From Marsupella aquatica (taxonomy: Eukaryota; Plantae; Marchantiophyta): 64,000 nt of DNA. The notes under the pieces are model-generated. The model did no database searches and was not told the DNA's origin. It saw only the letters and a list, made by a program, of their open reading frames with translations. Every line of letters begins with the position of its first letter. Within the stretch, counting starts at the first letter, position 1. A program made the position numbers and the translations under genes. The stretch is from the NCBI GenBank assembly GCA_973895155.1, contig OZ316896.1, positions 1,674,001-1,738,000 on the forward strand, in the 5' to 3' direction. This document shows positions 34,751 to 47,313 of this stretch, one piece after another.

Positions 34751-37386
34751 CTGTAGTGGCAGTGCTTGTTTTAAAAAATCTTTGTCTTATTGAGATTTTA
34801 TGTTATGTTAATTTATTTCAATGTGTCATAACAAGGTGCATGGCTTGTATTGTTTACATTCTAATTATTTTGGCACCTCTCTTAATGCATTTAATCTTGT
34901 TATCCCAGAGCTCTTCTGTCCCAGTGCATATAGATTGTGCATATAGATTTCACTATAGTGCATCCAAGCCCTTTACCAAATATTATGGAATTGCTGCCAT
35001 GGAGAAAGATCTTAGAAATAAGTACACCTCTGGTTTAAGTTATTCTCATACTAAATTTTATTTGCTAGGTTCCTGGTTCTTATTGTCATCGCCTAAGGCA
35101 AGTGATGTTCTGTACCTCTTATTGATTTGAGTGTTATTAGGGCAACCCTAAATCTGTATTTTATGTGCACAATTTTTCAAGACTTGTGCAATCCTACTTT
35201 AATTTCCTCTTCATTATGTGAAAATAATGTAATTTTATGTGCATTTATACATTATGGGAATGTACATTCTTTTATTTTATCCCACTCAATATTATCAAAT
35301 ACCATGCAATAGCCATGTACACATCACTACAAGAGAAAAATAAAACAGGTTCCAGGATGAACATGCTATAATATATGGAAGATTGATTGATAACTACATG
35401 CAATAAATGAAATGCCCACATCAAACATGCTAAGCATAATATGGAAGGATTGATTGATAATTAAGTGTTATAAATGAAATGCCCACATTAAGTATATATC
35501 ATAGTGTCAAATAACACAAAACTCTTGAAAGAGGAACAATATACCCGGGAATTTGAAGGCCCCATGGACCACAAGGAGGTTGGACTTTGCATCCCCCATG
35601 GATCACATTTCCCAAAATTCAAGTGTAATTGTCATAACTTGACAATCATAGATTTAATGTCTTTTGTTTTTGATTTGGGGATATGCTAGTGGAGCAGGTA
35701 AGCTACACTTCCATCAAAGCATAAGTGCACTCCCAATGCAACCTTAGATTATTATAGTCGGTAAGGTTATGACCCAAAAAGTTATCTAAGTGCTACCAAT
35801 TTCATAATCCATAACTGCTTTTTGCTATAAAGATTGGTCATATGCCATGACCGTAAGTCCCTGTAGAGGCTAGTGAAATTTTTTTTAATAACCCTACTAA
35901 AGGCTATGACCATGTTCATGGCCAAAATTTGTCATTACTGACTAGGAAGCTTTGAGACACCCTAATGGGAAGAGCATTTTGAGGACCCTTGAAACTTTTC
36001 TTACTTGACCTCTTATGTGCATTGGGACCCAACGTATAGAGCATTTATGTGGGAAGTGGTGCTTTTTCTCACTTGACCTCACTATACTTTGAAGTGCATA
36101 CTTCTGCAGCATTACTATAGTCCTGGAGAAACATGTTAAAGCTTCTCATAATTCACACTTGAAGCTGTGCAGAGGGCAGATTGCAAGACATATTCTCACT
36201 AAGATCAAAATGTATGCAATGGATTCAAGCTCTATGAGATTTTTTGGTTAATGTGTGTTTGAATGATTTTCCCCACCAAAAACATATTGCTCCAGTGAGT
36301 AAGATGGGTGGTGGAATACCCAAAACAACATGGAGTTCCCATCGGAGGCTTAACTGGTAAAAACATTGAACAAATTGTCTCCAAATCTGCCAGTCAATGA
36401 AAGAAACTACCGCAGGAGTGCCTTTGAAAGAGCACCAGGGTGGTCACATTTCCAAATGTTGGGTCCCAAGCCTTGTTTGATCCACCACACTATGTAATTG
36501 GCATGAAATTCCAGGAAGCTCATTGAACAGGACTGGTGGCCCTCAACGGTGAACGACTCTCTTGATATATCTTTCTCTTAGACTCTTCTCTTCAACTAGA
36601 GTCCCTATCCAATTAAGTTTCTCCTAGTTTTGTATTTTCAAAAGAAATTAAGGGGAAATCTGTGAAACCCCACAGAAAGGGAAGAGTCAGTCACAATAGT
36701 TGAACCCAAGACCTATCAGTCTCTACTCAAGTGAACTACCACAAAGTCATGTCTTTCTGGGTTCTAGTTTTGTATTTCTAAAATGAGCTACACCTAAACT
36801 GTCTATAGTATTAAACTCTGAATGTGTACTTAACTACTAATAAACATTTCATGGTCTGACAATTGGATCTGTGCTATTGCGGGAGACTATTCAATCTCAA
36901 TTTGATGGAGCTGCATGCTGGCTGACTGAGGATGCCCCAAAGATGACCTTTAGTTGAAATGACTTTGTTGTGCCCTAGCAAGTTGTGTGCACTCGGGTGT
37001 GCACTACCCCCTTTGTGCTCCAATGACATACTTGTAGATAAATTGTTCTCTAGCTTACTAGAGATGATGAACTCAACTCAATGGGCAGTATACCTTGGGG
37101 ATCTGTAGATCAAAATCTCATCTTCTTTATCACACTCTATGCATTCTCTTCCTCCATCGCATTTACAAGAACAGGATTCTTGCTAATATTGCTGTTCAAG
37201 GTGGCAAAGTGAGGTCAATGGGCTACAACTAGAGTCTAAGAGGAACAATTTTGAAGCTTGACTGAGCGGAAAAGGACTACAAGAACATCAAAATGTTTCC
37301 AATTTTCATTATTAAGGGCAGTCACTTGCCTATCCAACCGTTTATACGTAACATCGTACTTTCCTTTGCATAAACTATTGGTATCG

Positions 37387-37983
37387 TGTTACGGGGTCAT
37401 GGAGGGACGCTATTTGGAGGATTTCCACACCTAAGGATGAGTATGTTTGATTCGCTTCCAGAAGGGTACTTTTTGATCAAGTCTACCGACTGGCCTCTAC
37501 GTTTTTGATCAAGTCCTGGGGACTGGTCCTATATTCTACAACTAATGGCCACCGGGTAAGTGCTGTCACCACTCCCCCTCACATGGGCAATTGTACAAAC
37601 ATTTTACAATAGGATTTTAACACTAGTGACCAGGGCAACCGCTTTCACAACAAAGCCAACCACATGCACTAGGGGAGGAAAACAGGCAACACAAGAAGTA
37701 ATAAGTGACACGCAAAATTTATGAATTTCAAACCAAATCCATATCTCTTGGTGGTGTACGCAACACATGCAAGGATACCCGGCCTCCTGCCATTTGCCCA
37801 ACTCCTGCCTCCCTGGGACAAGCGGTACGTCCTTCACCTCACTAATCTGGCTGAAATCCCTCCTCTTCCGTGTGCTACTCACAAAGATCTTTCCATACTA
37901 AACTGAGTTCCCCCCGATTCACTACGGGGCTCCCCCTTAAATACTAAAAAAGGACACACCAAAGCACCCCTCGCGGGGTTACA
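37387..37983. mobile_element. Possible solo-LTR remnant
   Basis: TGTTAC...GTTACA ends around a GC-richer block. No matching TSD. Confidence 0.3.
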
Positions 37984-38644
37984 ATGATGGCGGCTACCCT
38001 AGCGGCACCGCTGTTTGGGGGAAAATGTGGTCCTTGAGGAAGCACCGGGCCTATGGCTGCTAGTGTCAAAAGAGAACTTAAGTTAAAATCATGATTACTA
38101 TTCTAGACTGGGTAGCAAACACCACAAGGAATGGTTCTGTGGATGAAAGCACAACGTCGTAACCCTTTTCTCCATACCTACGGACTATTGCCTCCTTGGC
38201 AGCTACCTTGGGTCGAGTTACAAAACAAAAGAAACGGGAGATTCATCGGAGGGAGGTTTGTTGAGATCCATCTCAATACAAGATAAAAATTGTGCAAGCC
38301 CAATCCTGCTCGTAAACTACATAAGGGTATACAAGTGGCTCTATTAAATTTAACACTGCAGTTGCAAATGCTTCTCCAAAGTGAAAAGTCATATGCTGAC
38401 ACATTATTTCTTTTTGGAGTACATGAATTCTAATAAGGAAAGGATTAGGGAGAGGAAGAACATATACTAGTCTGGGCATTATTGTACTATCAAATATTCC
38501 ATCCAACTAATATTTATTCTAATGACAAGATCTAGAATCATTCAACGAAAAGATCATTCATTCAAACAAATATTATGTATTGAGTTAACTCTAAGTATAT
38601 ACATGCAGATGTTTATCTTAATAAGTTTATCTTCTTTTGAATGA

Positions 38645-38930
38645 AAACACTATCTGAAGGTCCAACGCATACAAATTACCACTGACTGAGCTAAGCTTCA
38701 AGCCAACGTGCATGCGTGGGTCTACTTCATAAGGGTTTCACCCAAAAGGAGCATATGATGTTAAGGTATTATTGAGCACTTTGCAACTCTTTAGGACTTA
38801 ATAACCATCTCCTATCAAATGATAACACTTTTTGAAGGTCCAACTCATACAAAATATCTCTGGCCGAGCCAAAGCTCTAAGCAAGCATGTATGAGTGGGT
38901 CTACTTCATAAGGGTTATATTCATAGAGGA
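38645..38930. repeat. Diverged ~180-bp-period tandem duplication
   Basis: TGAAGGTCCAAC.CATACAAA...GTGGGTCTACTTCATAAGGG occurs twice. Confidence 0.75.
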
Positions 38931-40878
38931 GGTCATCAAGTTCAATGGATTCTTAAGGCTTCACAACTTAGTTGATGAAAGATGGGGAGTGAGGGGAGAG
39001 AGCCCATGACACCGCTAAAACCTTACACGAGAAACCTCTAACCTAAAACATGCGGCACACACATGCTTCTAAAACCCTAATCTAACTACGGGACCGACGG
39101 TGCCTTCGACGGTGCCAAACAACAATCCGGAATCCGTAGTCCCGGGGAAGTGAGGAGGCCCTCTCATGATCAAAACCTCAAATATTTCAAACTACTCCCC
39201 TAAGGGGAGCCCTGGACAGCCCTGCTCTTCCTGATCACGGATCCATAAACGGCACTCAAAACGGATCCCGAACAGGCAGTATATGATCGCTTAAATTTTT
39301 ACAGGACACCGTCTCCCTCTGTTTCGTCTGTACAACACCAGAGGGCCCCGACTTTGAAAAAAAAGATCATGGTCTCCGTAGGTGCTGCTACTTCCTCCTC
39401 CCCTTGGAAAGCCGGGACCTCCTGGAGTACGGACGTCCGTACGGCCTCCAAACTCCCATATTCTCAAAAAAACATGATCCACTGTATCTCCTCCATCTTA
39501 GCTCCGTTTTGGCCATGTGACACCTCCTTGGATTCAGCTCGGCAAGCTCTTTTCAACAAGCCATAAACTCCTGATTTTGAGATGGTCAAAAATATGATAT
39601 TCATACAACCAGGGTCCGTACACACATTGAAAGCAAACACAATAGGGAAAGGGTTTAGGGTGTAGGAATGGGTGGGAACCCCACAAGTGAGAATAAAGAA
39701 AAAGGAAAGGAAGAAAGTGTGAGGGCCCTTTCTATGGAGTGCCCCTTCTACGAAGACAATGCGGAAGGGAAAGAGAGCAAAAACCATGTGAGGACCACAC
39801 AAAGGGTGAAGGGGAACATAAGTGTGGGAACCCCTTCCTTATAAGGGCCCTCCCACCATCACTACTCCAAGATTGCCTAGTTTTACCGTTTTACAAGAAT
39901 TGAGGTTTCTCGAGATGTCACTATTTGATACAGACCTAAACTCAACTAGGAAACCCCAGGTTTGCATGTGGCTCATTGAGGGCTTCAAAATGAATTCAAA
40001 CATGACCATTTTTGGAATAGTACTAGCGCAGCAAAGTTTGTTTCAAGTTTCAATGTTTTCTATATTTTGTTCATTATTCTCGTTTTGCGCCTTATGTGGA
40101 GCCTCCGACCAGCCCCCACCCCTCCAAGATGCCCACACCGTGCCTTCAAGTCCTTGGGCTGCCTTGTGGCCTCCTTGTACCCCCTCAATGGTTCCCTTGT
40201 CATCCATCACCGCCCGACACCCCTCTCAACTCTGGCCTCCAGTTGTTGCATCGATTTATTAGAACTAACAAAAATAAAAAATTTGAAAATTCAAACACTT
40301 TTACTACACCTACTTGTCTTTCTACTTATATACGCAATTATAAGTCATCACTAAGTTACTACCGGGTTTGGGGCCTTGTCACAAGGGCTAGGTTCCATAG
40401 CGGGGAGTGGGTACTGATGAGGACCACAAAGTACATAGTTGGGAGCCAATTAGAGCTGACTAGGGGCGAGGTGCACTCCCTCAACATATGGGGGAGTGCA
40501 GTGGGGACTGCCCCCCAAAATCCAAAAATCCAAAAATCAGCCCAAAAAGGCAAATATTATCAGTGCTCCAGCTCTCGCACCGATCATACTTGACATGTGT
40601 AGAATCTCCAAGCATGCAGTACTAAACCGGTGAGCACCGGTGAGCACAACAGCAGAGGGATGGTGAGCAACCACTGTAGTCGTTTGTGAGTAACTAAAAT
40701 GCTATTGCATCTGATGCCTTTCAACTTTTAGTTTAGGCTTCATTCTTGTTCCTGTTAGAAAATGACCGATGGATCTATTTCAAGACCTTCCAATAGTTTC
40801 TGATTCTGTCGATGTTTCAAAGGAACAAAGGTTTTATATTTGGTCAAGAATGACTGAATGAGGAATTGAAGAGTCTAA

Positions 40879-41199
40879 GGGCCAGGTTCCATGGGTCAGG
40901 GGCAGGGAGTACTGTCACTCTCTCTGACACCCCCTGGGGCCCAAATACACCGTATGCCAAGGTGTACACAATATTTTAAATGTATGAGTTTCGATTTAGG
41001 AGCCAATGAGAATGCCCTATACTATTCCTATAAGGGGCAAGGGGAACCCGCTGAAGTTTAACAGGAATTTGAGGGAAAATCATATTCCCTATTATAGTAT
41101 TTGTACACCCCTTAGTCCCTGGAAAAGCTGCAATCTTATTGGCTTAAAAATTCTGACAGTATGGGTATTCCTTACTCCCAGCCCCATGGAACCTAGCCC
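40879..41199. mobile_element. Tourist-like (PIF/Harbinger) MITE, 321 bp
   Basis: TIRs GGGCCAGGTTCCATGGG and CCCATGGAACCTAGCCC (16/17), flanked by TAA at 40876-40878 and 41200-41202. Confidence 0.88.
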
Positions 41200-43139
41200 T
41201 AAAGGTCAACAGGAGCTTCCGCGTGAAGCACAAATAAAATACAAATGTTCATTTTGGAGTATCCTTACTTATGGTAGATCCTAGCTTGAAACCCAGAATT
41301 CTCAGTTGCCTGAAAACATCATTCTGTACCTGGGACTTCACGACTGACACTCTATCCCTTACTTGATTTGCACCATAACGAGGAAACCTAAATTTAAGCT
41401 GCAATATAATGGCCAAGCTGCACACTCCTACCCCTGCTGGAGGAAGTAAAATAAGGCAACCCGGTAGCAGCTGAAGGTATGGAAAGCAAACATTGGGCAG
41501 ACTTGAATGGTCCCATGGCATGATCGATTAACCCTCTGATGAGTTTCGCAGAAAATCCTTATCCATCTGATGAGTTTCGAAGTGGTCAACCATTGCCAGA
41601 GAGAAATCAATTTGATTGATGGTGTCCATTATAACAGTTTCATTAATTATATAATAAATTTCTAGCTTCACACTACAGTATTCAAAGGAAAACTCGGTGT
41701 AGCAGGCAGTACAAAATCTAACCATCCAAATGGCTGCTGGGAAACTTGGCAACTTGGCTACTTTATAAGTTGGGTGGTGTGACCTTTCGGGAGAAATGTC
41801 AGCGACTTTTGGGCATGCAGACTCGCATCTGATTCCCTCAGCATAAAGCAGGTGGTGTACCTAGAATAAAGTGGTGTAGGGTAATCCATAGCCATGGCCC
41901 CCAAAGTTATTTGGACCACCACTCAACTTGGTCCAAAATTTTAGATAAATTAGACACTCTACATCAGCATTTTTTTTGGGCCCACTGATTGCCACGAAGG
42001 ATTGGTAGAGACAGTATTCAATGGGCCCAAATTCTTGTAAAGTTGCCCGCAGCCATTTTAACTCTATACAATCAAGATTTAATCTCCAAGTCATTATAAA
42101 ATAAATTACTTTCACAAATTTTCACCCGGCTGCTTGTAAAGCCACCATTACATTTATTGAATTTCATGTAAAAATGTTTTTGATCTCAAGGGTCTTTGAA
42201 CAAAAGTGGCCCTTTGCTTGGGTGATATGAGGTCAAAGTGTCTTCGAATCTCCTAAAGACACCAAGATCTTTTTCAGTGGCAAAAACTGGCTACTGTAGA
42301 TTCCACCTCACCTAAAAGTAAATTACCAGGTTTCTTGTCTACCATTAGCTAGATTCTCATCTCACCTAGCCAAACACTCCATTTGCTAGAATCTGATGTT
42401 TATTTTTAAATTTAGTGAAATTTAAGGGTCAGAAATTGATCTACTAAAATTAGAAGAGCTATTCTCTTAGCATCTTCTCTTCAGGGTGACATTAGTCACC
42501 CATGCCAAATAGGAAAAACTTAGAAATTAAGTTTCCACTAACATCTTGTAAGGCCCCCTTACATTCACTGAATTCCTTTAAGGTAGTGTGTTTATTTAGT
42601 ATGGTCTTTACCCATTACCCCCATCCATGTGTTGTTTATGATTTATCATTACAAGTTGTACGGTCTCCGTGCAAAGCTGAGCGGAAATGAGTCAGCAAGG
42701 GTCAATGTCATCCCATAATAAATGAACACACGACTTGAAAATATGACCAAATTAAGGCACCCGATCCCCTTTACCGGTGGTTACATGGTCGCCCTAGATC
42801 TCATAAGTTCTGTACTGAACCAAACTTACCGGTGTGTAAGGATTTCTGGAGGCCTCTAGTCATGCCCAGAAAGTTACTCTAGTTACCTTATTTCCAGACA
42901 GTATTTTACATTCATAAGGACTGCCTATGCTGAGGCTCTAGACTAAACCAAATTGCTTGCAAAAGCTTCCCAACTGCAGCAAGTAAGCTCTTCTTCACTT
43001 TCTGGTCACAATTACAGCCTAGTAACCCTCTGCCTAGTCCATCCTTACCCTCCAAGTAATGTGCCATGTCCAACTTCATCCTATAACTTAAGGGGACCAT
43101 ATGCACTCAATCTTATACATTTCAAAGGATGCAATCATA

Positions 43140-43360
43140 GAGTATCTTATTTATTAAGAGTCAACTACAAGCTAGAATTGTGGTATGGGTTTCTAGAGTG
43201 AAATCTCTAGACCTAAACCCATGGCCCACCATGTGGATGAGAAATTTTGTATATTAAATATAATCATTGATACTTTCTATCAAGATTTCTATCTACTTTC
43301 AAAAAATATACTATATGATATGACTTGACTATAATATATGTGCATAGAAATAAGAAGGGT
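43140..43360 (+). repeat. Dispersed AT-rich repeat, inverted relative to 63780-64000
   Basis: Shared ordered motifs ACAAGCTAG, CTAGAGTGAAA.CTCTAGAC, TTCAAAAAATATA, TATGTGCATAGAA. Confidence 0.6.
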
Positions 43361-45057
43361 ATCTTATGTATTGTATGATTACTAAGATGACCTCATACCT
43401 TCTTTCAAATAATGTGAATAGAGAATATATTTTGGGGGCACATTTAGTGTAGGGTAGTTAGGGCTAGTATAAATAATGGCCCTCCACTTTACTTTCGTGA
43501 AAGAGCGAAAAAAAGTCACGAGTGTCGGCTGGAGTCTTGAAAGACACCGTTGACATCCAGTCCCGAATCTTTCCGTTCGCCGCACCCGACGCACAGTGGT
43601 ACCAATCACGACTTCGGCACTGCTGACTGCTCTACTCTTACTCTTTGCTCTGCTCTGCATTCTCCATTTCTCCTTCTCCCATGAACAGTGCTCGAGCGCC
43701 TCGAGCCTCGAGGCGTCGTTGTGGACACGGATCCTCTGGAGCTTTCTGCGTTGAGCACGAGGTGATATGGTAAACACAATTTCATGGGCCGTCCAGTATG
43801 CCCTGCGCTTGCTTAATTTTGCGTTGAGACGGGATGCCAAGGGAAGTGGAAAGGAAGGAAGGGATATGAATCGTAAGGGAGCCGGAATTCCGCAGTTGGG
43901 CGTAATTGTAATGCGGGATATGGTGGATGTAGCCGATGTGCTCCTCCTCGGGGCTGTGCAGCGGAGCGCCATGGATTCGCGGTTGTTGGTCAAAGACGGA
44001 ATGCGTATCTGAAGGATCGGCTGGACCGATAGCTTTAAGAGAAGCGAATTGACAGTTTGACCGGATGATGATGAGAGGTCAGTATTGCCTGCTTATAACT
44101 TGACCTGCTTATAATCGCGGTGATCAGGAATTCGCTCGTGTCTGTGGGATGAATGGAGCGATGATGCCTTGTAGTTTGGGCAGGACTCTGGGTACGAGGC
44201 GGGAGCTTCAAACTTTCGAACAGTGCAGAGCTATTCGAGGGGTAACAACTCGCAATATGGGCTTGAGCCAATTTTCTCTTAGAATCAACAAGGTCCATCT
44301 TCAGAACAGAAATCTCCCAGACTTGTTCTCTCAACTGTTCATGCCCAGATTTCCAACTCCAACGCGTAGGAGGCCCGCAGAGCACCCTTTCCGAGAGCCT
44401 TCTCGAAACCTGGAGCAATCAACACGGATGAAAATGGAATTGGATTCGCACTGGGTAACGTTTGAATGGTAACAAATGAAAGTCCTATGCGATACATAGT
44501 TGAAGCAACCTTCGAGGTGTCCTGCGTAGCTTCGCTTGCGGGGCGGCACAGGGGAATGTTGTGTTTTTTTAACTGGCACGGGAGTCTTAACCAGAATCTT
44601 CCCTTGTACATGTAATAAAGAATTTGATGCTGCCTTCAAGAGCTGTGACGGAGAGACGGTGAGAGTTTAACCCGGGGCATTCGGTAGGTAATGTCAGACT
44701 TCGGAACAAGAGATAATTTGCTCACGAATTCACTGGTGGGCATGATGTTACAGGTTCCGGTGCACTTACCGTCCTCAATGGGTTTGATGGGCTAGAATTG
44801 TCCGCTTAGTTTCTACTGAATCATCCGCTGTTCGATCGATCTTCACTTGATAACAGAAGCACATATAATTTGTTCTCGATGAGCCCGTGACATGGAAGAA
44901 TTGTTGATCATTGAATATCGTTTTGGTCAAGTTGAGGCCTTACTTGACTGCCCAGTGTCTGTGAAGGTCCTGGCCCACTCTAATGACCTTTTCGTTGTCT
45001 GGATTAATCTCAGATTTTAGTGGGATGACTTGGTGAGAGAGAATCACGCTGTAATCG

Positions 45058-47313
45058 ATGAGGTCGACCCATGTCCACCCCAACAGCGTTCCGGATTTTC
45101 TATTACTTGCGGCCACGATCGCCTTCTTGATCCCGTTCGTCGTTGCGAATGGAGTTGTGTATCGCAACAGGAAGCGCAAGTACTTCCAGGCGACTGGGTG
45201 GGAGCACATTCTAGGGACTTCAGTGGCTGGCATCATCTGCATTGGATCGGCATTCATAGAGAATCAACATTTCAGACGAGACCAATTCAAATTCTTCAGC
45301 TTTTGTGCGCTCTGGACCTTCTGGTTTCAGCTCACTCTGGGAATTTGCCTATGGCTCTGTTTTATGGCTCTCCGACTTCATCACTTGTTTATCTTCTGTA
45401 CCACCGGGAAGCCCCCGAGTAGCCTGCGAGTATGGGCCCTTTACCTTCCGGCGATGATGGCCCCAGCCATCATCTTTGGGATTATCGCGTCCGTCTTGCG
45501 GATCAGTCGTCATCCGTGGTACGTATGCAATTCTAGCGCCCATGTTTGCACCCCCTCAACTTTGTACCGAATGATTCTCTCCTGGCACTTCTGAAGTGGG
45601 TGCGTGGAATTCAGCTTCCATGTGTCTGGCTGAACATCAATTCGAAATACGGCAGGTTTTTCGATCTAGGTCGAGATGTGGGGGAATGTCCCTTACAGTA
45701 ATCTGAATTCCAACCCATATTCATTCTTAGGTTCAAAGCCTCCCTCATGCCTAGCGCAGGGCTCGTTCGTAAAAGAAACACGTCCAAATTTCATTTGTAG
45801 TAGCTGAAGTTCGGGATATATTTGTGTTTTTTCAGGCGCAATAGAACAATCCCGAGCTTCTGCCACTCAAATGAGTTTCAAATTAGCCACGCGGAAGCAG
45901 AGATGGCATTTGATTCTTTAATTTTGGCCCGGACGTCTTTGTTTTCCATCGTGCTTTCACTGGTCAATAATGCCCCTTCATTTAAATTGTTTTTCCCTCG
46001 TCGTTTATGAACCCTAAAGTACCGAGACCTCCCTCACGAGATTGCAAGTTTTTCATGTGAAGCTTCTAGGGACACCTCATGTGATTGTTCAATTTATCTA
46101 CATTAAACCTTAACGCTGCAAGAAGAATTGGCAACTGAAAAGTCCATGTCTGCCTAGAAAGATTCTCGTTCTTGTTATATGGAGAACAACGGTACGGTGT
46201 GGTGCATGTGATGATATTTCTAATTTGTTTTTCAAAAAGGGGGGGGGGGGGGGGGGCGGGGGGCGCGATGTTTCTATACGTTCAGCGTGTGCCCCATCAA
46301 TGGTGCATGTGATGATAAGTCACTTGCTTTTTCTAATAATTCTATTCGTCTGCTCCTAAGGCTAAATTTCTTGTTCATGTGTCTCAGTGGTTTTGAAGGC
46401 AGGTGTGTCATAGAGAACAGAAGCTTGAAGCTTACCACGTTTTTCCTTCTTCCTCCACTTTATTTTTCTATCATTGTCGTTCTTCTATATCGACTTCGGA
46501 GGCAGAAGGACTACCTGCTTCGAACACACTGTCAACACACAAAGGATTACGCGATGATGGCATTCGTCGTCTACCTGTTCACAGGGAATACGTACTGGTC
46601 AGAAAGAGAGAACAAGGTGGAGGCCCGATGTTTCTTAACGTTCAGCGTGTGCAGTGTAGTTTTATTTTACTTTTGGGTTTACACTGGATGGCCGGCGTAT
46701 CTCTGCTTGTTCAAACGAGCAGATGAGATGGACAAGTATGAGGAGAGTCTCAGAAGGCATGGAGCTACTTGCCTGCAAAGATATCCCGATTTGCGTGGAG
46801 TGGATGCCTCTGGAAATGTCATTCCTCGGACATTCTCATTGCAGGGAGAAGACGCTATTTTCCACGCAATTGCTGCCGAGCAGGTTAAAAAGGATGCATT
46901 GAAGGTACAAGTCACTGTGTGTTAATTTTTAAATTGTGTTTCTTCGTTTGATACACACTTGCTCAGAAGGAGTTTTAGAAGTAAATTCTTAGGAGGCTCA
47001 TGCTTCTAGTCTCACGTGTTCCTGGCGATGCTTGGTACGAGATATTATTCTCGACATAAGCAGTTTTTGTTCATCAAGCTAAACCTTCCTTTCCAAAGTG
47101 TTTCCTAGAATTGCCCTCTGAGCGATATATCTATGTTGAGTACAGACGAAGAAGGACCAATTGCAGCGTCGTCTGACGCAAATGAGAGCTCAGATTGAGG
47201 AGCTCAAGCATCAGAGAACTGTTGCAATTCCGCCTCGTGTCTCTCAAAGTTTGCCTCCAATAAGGAGCTGTCAGACGGTATACCTCCCACCGCCCCAGAC
47301 CGCAGAGATTTGA
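45058..47313 (+). CDS. Seven-transmembrane protein resembling the RGS1 membrane domain, with a coiled-coil tail and no RGS box (381 aa; exons 45058-45518, 46388-46904, 47146-47313)
   Basis: GT-AG introns with matching phases give a 1146-nt frame. About 7 hydrophobic segments. CALWTFWFQLTLG, KPP...YLP...P and ARCFL...FYF...P resemble plant RGS1 (CYLWAVWIEGPLG, RLPP...FLP...P, recalled from memory). Confidence 0.75.

Noticed and set aside
43382-43993. 203-aa minus ORF
   Set aside because: R/S-rich with no motif. It lies antisense to the likely promoter and 5' UTR of the 7TM gene.
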